From assembly GCF_009914755.1 (NCBI RefSeq), contig NC_060935.1: 64,000 bases of DNA; one strand, 5' to 3'. The notes below the pieces were generated by a model. The model did no database searches and had not been told where the DNA came from. It worked only from the letters and a program-made list of their open reading frames with translations. Shown piece by piece: positions 55,638 through 64,000 of the stretch. Origin of the DNA: the human T2T-CHM13v2.0 reference genome, Homo sapiens. Position 1 is the stretch's first letter, and every line of letters starts with the position of its first letter. Position numbers and translations under genes: made by a program.

Positions 55638-58239
55638 TTCTAGAGCTTTTAAAAAACAGTGGTTCTAAAGTTTATAAAACTCTTTTTGCATTCACTTCTT
55701 AATTTAATTATTGCATGACTAGATAGAGAGAGAGAGAGATAGCAGATATAGACATGAAGAAACCGAGGCTCAGTGAGGTGAAGTGACTGGTTTAAAGTCT
55801 AGAACTCTGGCCAAATATTGCTGCTTATTGGTAGAGGGATCCCAGGAAGGGATAACTGCTTGCTAAGTACGTGGTCCTTTGACCAAAGAGATACCAGTCC
55901 TCCCATATTGTAAACCAACCTTTTCCTAGACACAAGGTAGGATGAAAACCTGGAAAAATTCCAAGAATAAAATGCAGCTGACTTAGGGTGGATTCTGAAT
56001 TATTTTCCAAAATACCTTCTGAAATGCTTATTAGATCAATCTCCTTGGTTAATATTGACCACAGGAGTCTATTCACTTAAGCTGTACGTTCAGTTTTTAA
56101 AAGCCATTACACCCACCCCCCCGCCCCCGCCATATTGAACTGTCCCTGACTGCCATGTTCCTCTACCGGCAATTAATATTCAAGGTACTTTCTGTGTTCC
56201 GTTAATGGGCAACCCTTCCGTTTATGCATTGCAGTCTCTGTTAATAAATGTGTTGAGATCCAGAGCAGCAAGGAGAAATCTGGAGTCAGTGCAGAGAGAA
56301 AAGGCCTCATTTACCCAGCACCAAGCCTGGGAGGCTGCAAGGCCTGAATCCAAATCCTGCTGCTGCTGCTGTATCTCCTCCTACTCAAGTCCTGTAAAAC
56401 CCAGGCTTTTCTGCATGGACCTAAAATAAATATCGGAAGGAGTCTTGAAAGAGAAAAAATATTTTTAAAATATCTACGGTTGAATACTGAAATATCTAAG
56501 GTTAAAATATTAAGTCAAAACCTGAAAAAGCATTAAAATTTAAGGAATTATTATTGTTATAAAGAGAGAAGGAGAAGTCTAAGCCATTAAGATAGTTTGG
56601 AAATAAAAAGTTCCATCAAAATTGCTTCTAAAGGGGTTTGAAGCATCACCCCCAATCATCACACCCCCATTTGGGGAGTTCTAAAGAAGATTCTCAATGG
56701 AATAAATTCCATAAGGGAAGAGACAAGGCCTATATTGTTTGTCACTCTTTTGCGCTTTATTATCCACTACTTAGACTCAAGGCAGCCACATGGTAGACTC
56801 AACTATTTGTTAAGTGGATGAGGTAATTAGAATCTCAGCAGTTGAGTTAGAATAAGAGCTTTAATGCTTACTTGCTTTGGGACTGTAGGCAAGTCAATTT
56901 TCCTTTATAGACAGAAGATAAAGTGAGATAAAATATAAGAAAATTCAGCCAGTGTGGGCCTCTAGCAGGTGCTCCATAGAAGCTAATTAATCAATCTCTT
57001 TATTAAACTGTAGGCCAATCGTATGAAGTTATTTCCCAGGTTTTATTAACACCAGTTGGTAGCAACACCCCATCTAGCAATGACTATGGCAATGGCTGTC
57101 TAAGTAAACGTGACTCCGAATTACTTATGGGAAACTTCTGTCTCTATTCTTGTGAAATGTAGCAGAGGAGGTTGGGGGAAATTGAATTAAGAGTCTTTTT
57201 ATATACCTACTTCTGAGTCTCTTTCTTTTAGACGAACCCATTATTTCTACCTACAGTGCGAAGAATACTGCTTTTTAAAAAGATCAGGGAAATCATACCT
57301 ATGTCCTTGGGAATTATGAGATCTCAATTCAGAACTGCTTCAACACTGGACTTTTTGAAGTCTGAAAAAGAAAAGAAAAGAAGAGCTGTTGGTCTCTAAG
57401 GACCTTGGATTTCAAATAGTAAGAGATTTCCTGAGGCTATGTGATAAAAGTGTAAAGACAGTTCAGCTGCCGCTGCAGTTTGCTTGAGACTGTAAGTGAG
57501 CCATATCAAACTGTGTGAAAAGGCTGATATCAGCTAGAAGCTAGTGTCTATGTAGATTTGGGAGCCTCTGAAGGGGGGTTCCCTAAGGTCTCAATTCCAA
57601 TCCAGGGCTCAGCAACATACAAACAAGCAATCAAAACACCACTTTCCTGAGGGAACTGAAACATTATTATGATATGGAGGTGCCTCAAAGATCCCTTAGG
57701 GGCCACAGGGGAGTCCTGGTTCTCCTAGTCACAGGCTAAGATTATTGATGAGCAAATTCTATCAAAAAATGCTTTCAAAGGAGCTTGAGGATCCAGCCAC
57801 TGCACAATCAGCCCACAGATTTCCTGTGAGTATTGGGAGTTGGCTCTTTATCTAAGACTAAATGGGGAGAAATTTTCAAAATGTCAGATTATAAATGATA
57901 AATTGCATCAGAATCTCCATTTTCCCAAACCCAGCTCTGTCTACAGAACTCAGAGTTTCAAAGAGCTCTGTGAATCAAAACACTTCCATGAACTTTTTTC
58001 CCAGTCAACTTGGTTTTAAATGAATTTTAACATGGAGCCTACAAGAAGCAAAGGATTTCTTTATTTCAGCTCTTGATACATTTATATGTATATAATATAT
58101 ATTTATATAATATATAATATAGCTTCCTATGTTTCAAGCCCTTCATTCAGTATATATTTGTATGTGTTATTTCACTTAATGTTCATATAACTCTATGAGA
58201 AATATATATTTTTTTCAATTTTACAGATGTGAAAACTTC

Positions 58240-58395
58240 TGTACATACCTAGCACTTAGATCTTTTTCTAATATTATTCTCTAATAAAAGAAACCAGGGC
58301 TCCTTCGAGAAATGGCTGGTTCTAGCACTGGAGCAGGGAATATACCAGAGAAGCCTGGAGCATCTTGCAATTCCAGAAAGTGAGGAAATGCTCAA
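58240..58395 (+). mobile_element. L1MC4/5-like 3' fragment
   Basis: AAAAGAAACCAGGGCTCCTTCGAGAAATGGCTGGTTCTAG...GAGCATCTTGCAATTCCAGAAAGTGAGGAAATGCTCAA. Confidence 0.55.
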
Positions 58396-58799
58396 GCCTG
58401 TCTGACCCAAATTCTATATATTTATACTCTGTGCTCTACTGCTTCTCTTGGGAATAAATGTGGAAAAGCAGAGGTGCTCTCAGAATCTACAAAACAATAT
58501 TTCTCTTAGATTCTCACAAATGCATGTTCCACTACAGTCAGTTACAAAAGTAGAGCTTATTTACTCACTTTTTCTTTGCTCTCATGAAAACATTTCCAAG
58601 ACAAAGCCCCCTGTTAGAATAATTATTTTTAACAAAAGAAGACATACAAAGTGGCCAAGCAAGTGGCAAGCTAGGTGATAGAAGTCCAAGGATATTTTTG
58701 CATACTCTTGGAATTTTGTAGCATCTAATCACCTGACCCACATGTCCAACTCTGAAGACTTAGGTTTCTTCCTTATTATTTATTTGACCAATAAAACAA

Positions 58800-58940
58800 C
58801 CAAGGAAAAAACTAGAGAAAGAAAGAGGGAAAAACGGGATAAGACAGATAAAGAGAGAAAGGAAAGAAAAGAAAGAGGGGAGGGAAGGGGAGAGAAGAGG
58901 AAGAAAGGGAGAGGAACAAGATGAGGAAAGAAGAGAAAAC
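58800..58940. repeat. Purine-rich (GA) low-complexity tract
   Basis: Almost only A and G on the plus strand. Confidence 0.85.
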
Positions 58941-60209
58941 TTCACCTGTAGCATCAAGACTCTAACCACTGAGACAATCTAGCCTATATATCTGGCTTTA
59001 TAAAATAATTTAGTACTCTTCTTTATCAGTGTTTAATATTCTAAAAAATTAAATAGATAAAAATGAAGACTATCAACATGGTGAAGTGGGGTGGTTCTTG
59101 GTTTTGGCAAGTAAGAGGCCTAGAATTAGCCACTTATGAATGGATAATAGATGAATCATTAATCTTTTTGAACCTCATCATTTCTTAATGGCACCCAATA
59201 TATCCTCTTTCTTTTCCCTCCAAAGACTCTTAATTCCTGGGAAATACTTCTGCTTTTCCACTTTGATGCCTCCAGTGTCTTCACTGTTTGGTCTCCTCAC
59301 AAGATCAGGTTGACTCTTCACCTCCAAACAGTTACAGCTTGGGGTTTTAAAAAAACTAAAAGGCAGAAAAGGGCCAATTCTGACTTTTGGATTACTTCAA
59401 GGCCAGATACCAGGATCTGTCCATCCATATTTGAGTTAATGCTGCCATCTTGAGGCTATCCCAAGCTTTTCACCTAAGGAGCCGTTCCCAGCGGTGGGGC
59501 TGGCAAAATGAAGACTTGTCTTTCTTGCCGCAATGACAAGTGAGTTCATACAGGAAAAATGCTTTGGAATTACAGGAAGAATCAAGAAACTACCCATCTG
59601 CCTAAAAGGTTAATTTCATGGCCACATAGAATGGTAGCACCTCTTAGGACCCTGGAGATCTCCTACGTGTTATGGTACACCAGGCACCGCAGCCTACAGG
59701 TGAGACTTACAGTCCTGGAGCCAAATGCATGGGTTCAAATCCCAGCTCTCCCTTCTAGTTCCTGGAGGGACTCTTGCAAGTCACTTAGTCTCTCCATTCC
59801 TCTATTTCTCATTATGGGACTGTTGAGAATTAAAGTTAATCAACATAAAGTACAAATAAACTTTGGAGATACTGGGGGTTTGGTTTCAGACTACTCCAAT
59901 AAAATGAATATCACGATAGAGCAAGTCACACAATTTTTTTTTTGCTTCCTAGTGCATATAAAAGTTATGTTTACACTATACTGGGTCTACTAGCATTATG
60001 TCCAAAAAATGTACATAATTTAAAATACTTTATTGCTAAAAAATGATGATGATCACCTGAGCCTTCAGTGAGTTGTAATTTTTTCTTTTGCCGGTGAGGG
60101 GCCTTGATGGCTGCTGACTGATCAGGATGATGCTTGCTGAAGGTTGAGGTGGTTGTGGCAATCTCCTAAAATAAACCAACAGTGAAGATTGCTGCATCGA
60201 TTGACTGAC

Positions 60210-60523
60210 TTTCTTTTCTTTTTTTTTTTTTTGAGATGGAGTCTCTCTCTGTTGCCCAGACTGTAGTGCAGTGGCGCAATCTTGACTCACTGCAACCTCC
60301 ACCTCCCAGGTTCAAGATATTCTCATACTTCAGCCCCCTGAGTAGCTGGGATTACCGGCAAACGCCACCAGGCCTGGCTAGTTTTTGTATTTTTAGTAGA
60401 GATGGGGTTTCACCATGTTTGCCAGACTTGCCAGGCTGGTCTGGAACTACTGACCTCAAGTGATCCACCCACCTCGGCCTCCCAAAGTGCTGGGATTACA
60501 AGCATGAGCCATCGTGCCTGGCT
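60210..60523 (-). mobile_element. AluS-like SINE in Tigger1
   Basis: Antisense dimer; TGACTTTCTTT on both flanks. Confidence 0.9.
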
Positions 60524-61520
60524 GATTGACTTTCTTTCATGAAAAATTCCTCTGTAGCATGAACTGTTGTTGATAGCATTTGACCTACAGTAGAACTTCT
60601 TTCAAAATTGTATTAAGTCCTCTCAAACCTTCCCAGTGCTTTATCAACTAACTTTATGGAATACTTGAAATCCTTTGTTGTCATTTCAACAATGTTCACA
60701 GCCTCTTCCCCCAGAGTAGATTCTATCTCAAGAAACCACTTTATTTTCTCATTCATAAGAAGCATTTCCTCATCTGTTCAAGTTTTGTCATGAGATTGCA
60801 GCAGTTCAGTCACATCTTTAGGCTTTACTTCTAATTCTAGTTCTCTTGCTATTTCCACCACATCTGCAGTTACTCCCTCCACTGAGGTCTTGAATCCTTC
60901 AAAGTCATCCAAGAGAGTTGAAATCAATTTCTTCCAAACTCTTGTTAATGTTAATTACATGAATTCATGAGTCACAAAAGTTTTTAGTGGTATCTAGAAT
61001 GGTGAATCCTTCCAGAGGTTTTCAATTTACTTCACTAGATCCATCAGAGGAATCACAATCTATTGCAGTTATAGCCTTACGAAATGTATTTTCTAAACAA
61101 TAGGACTTGAAAGTCAAAATTACTCCTTGAACCATGGGCTGCAGAATGGATATTGTATTACCAGGCATGAAAACCACATTCATCTCCTTGTCCATCTCCA
61201 TAAAAGCTTTGAGTGACCAGGTACATTTGTGAATGAGCAGTAATATTTTGAAAAAAATATTTTTTCTAAGTAGTAGGTCTCAATAGTGCGCTTAAAATAT
61301 TCAATAAACCATGCTATAATCTAGTCTTTTCCGTTTATAGAGCACACGCAGAGTAGATTTAGCATAATTCTTAAGGGTCTTAGAATTTGCAAAATGATAA
61401 ATGAACATTGGCTTCAATTTAAACTTACCAGCTTCATTAGCCCCTAACAATAGAGTCAGCCTGTTTGTGGAAGCTTTGAAGCCAGGCATCAATTTCTCCT
61501 TCCTAGCTATGAAAGTCCTA

Positions 61521-61885
<365 letters not shown>

Positions 61886-62305
61886 GTTTAGTGTAGCGAC
61901 TTCCATCAGTTATCTTAGCTAAATCTTCTGGATAACTTGATGTAGCTTCTACATTAGCACTTGCTGCTTCACTTTGCACTTTTATGTTCTAAAGATGGCT
62001 TCTTTACTTAAACTTCATGAACCAATCTCTGCTAGCTTCCAATTTTTCTTCTGCAGCTTCCTCAACTTCCTCAGCTTTCACATAATTGAAGAGAGTTAGG
62101 GCCTTGCTGTATTAGGCTTTGCCTTAAGGAAATGTTGTGGCTGGTTTGATCTTCTATCCAGAACACTAATATTTTCTCTGAATCAGCAATAAGGATATTT
62201 CACTTTATTATCATTCAGGTCTTCACTGGAGTAGCACTTTTAATTTCCTTCAACAACTTTTTCTTTGCTTTCTCAACTGGGACAACTGTTTGACACAAAA
62301 AGCCT

Positions 62306-62364
62306 AGCTTTTGCCCTGTCTCAGCTTTTGCCCTGTCTCAGCTTTTGCCCTGTCTCAGCTTTTG
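62306..62364. repeat. 17-bp tandem repeat, about 3.5 identical copies
   Basis: AGCTTTTGCCCTGTCTC at 62306, 62323 and 62340, partial copy at 62357. Confidence 0.95.
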
Positions 62365-63034
62365 ACATGCCTTCCTCACTAAGTTTAATCATTTCTAGCT
62401 TTTGATTTAAAGTGAGAGATATGCAACTCTTCCTTTCTATTGAACATTCAGACTTCATGGTAGGGTTATTAATTGGCCTAATTTCAATGCTTCATGACTT
62501 GCAGACTTATTTCTATCCATCAATTTCTCAGAATTTTCTGAGTGTCTGCAGACTCTGCAGCCCCACTCAGGTAAATGCACTCTCTGTGGATGTGTTTTCC
62601 TTCATCTCCTTTACCAAATCAAGGCCATCTAATATTAACTTTACTACAATCTCTCCATCTAAATCCATCCTATCCTTCTCTGCCTTCCTACCTCAGAATT
62701 TCCCCCTCTTCTGTAGCAGGCTGGCCCCTTCATCTATGCCATTGATCCATCTCTACTTACTTTGGTGAGACCATACTATGGCAATTACTCCTGTCCCTCC
62801 ACCCTCCCTTACTCATTCCTACCCCATTTGTCCATAGACATTCTAAAGTTACCATCTCTTCCCCAAAAATGTTCAAGAATCTGTCTCCCATCCTAATATA
62901 TTCTTGTGCTATACCAGCATCCTTCCTTCTACCATCAAAATGATCAAAAGTGGTCCACAGCATCTTCCATTCTCTCCTAATCCACTGCATTGTAGCTTCA
63001 ACTGTTTCTACTCCACTATGTTGAAATAATATTC

Positions 63035-63600
<566 letters not shown>

Positions 63601-64000
63601 AATATTCTTAAAGGTTGCTCCGAGGCTAGCTTCACAGATGTGCAAAACAGACCCTGTGCTCAGAAAAGTCCCACCCTTTGAGACTAACATCTTGTGATTG
63701 TCATCTTCAAATTATTTAAAATGTTATCTTTGAATTTGCATTTTGTAGGTAAAGTCCAATGGGACAATGGAGCAAACACAGAAAACTTGGAACCCCAGCT
63801 CGTGCGTGGTCACACCTTCTGCTACCTCCCATTCTCTCCACAATCCACTGCATTCAACACTGTTGATGACTGTTGCCTACAAGATGATGTCCCGCTTCCC
63901 AAGCCTGACATTCAAAGCACTCTAACCCTGAACAGTTTTTCCAGTTTTTATTTCTCTTGATAGCCACCAGGCATCCTACTTTCTATCCACATAGACCCCA

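Overview
Primate, almost certainly human, genomic DNA; it carries an AluYa5 with all five diagnostic bases. The window is AT-rich and very rich in transposons. The one real protein-coding gene is an intact single-exon class II olfactory receptor at 52682-53611 (minus strand, 309 aa), which I recognise from memory as OR5B21 (11q12). The rest is nested mobile-element debris: old L1M and younger L1PA LINEs, many Alus, a complete but decayed ERV-L provirus with two MLT2 LTRs and a 5-bp TSD, solo LTRs (MLT2A x2, MER11, MSTA, MLT1A, MER21, LTR16), Tigger1 and MER20. Most other ORFs in the track are repeat-derived or spurious. I found no new multi-gene biological system. The most interesting signals are mechanistic scars: a possible giant (about 130-170 bp) target-site duplication around an old L1, two candidate L1 3' transductions, a twin-primed L1 inversion, one endonuclease site apparently hit twice, opposite-strand microsatellites at the same position of sister LTRs, and a deletion junction. 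There are also candidate O/E (EBF) and homeodomain regulatory clusters. Repeat subfamily names were assigned by eye from remembered consensus sequences; boundaries are approximate unless a TSD is quoted.
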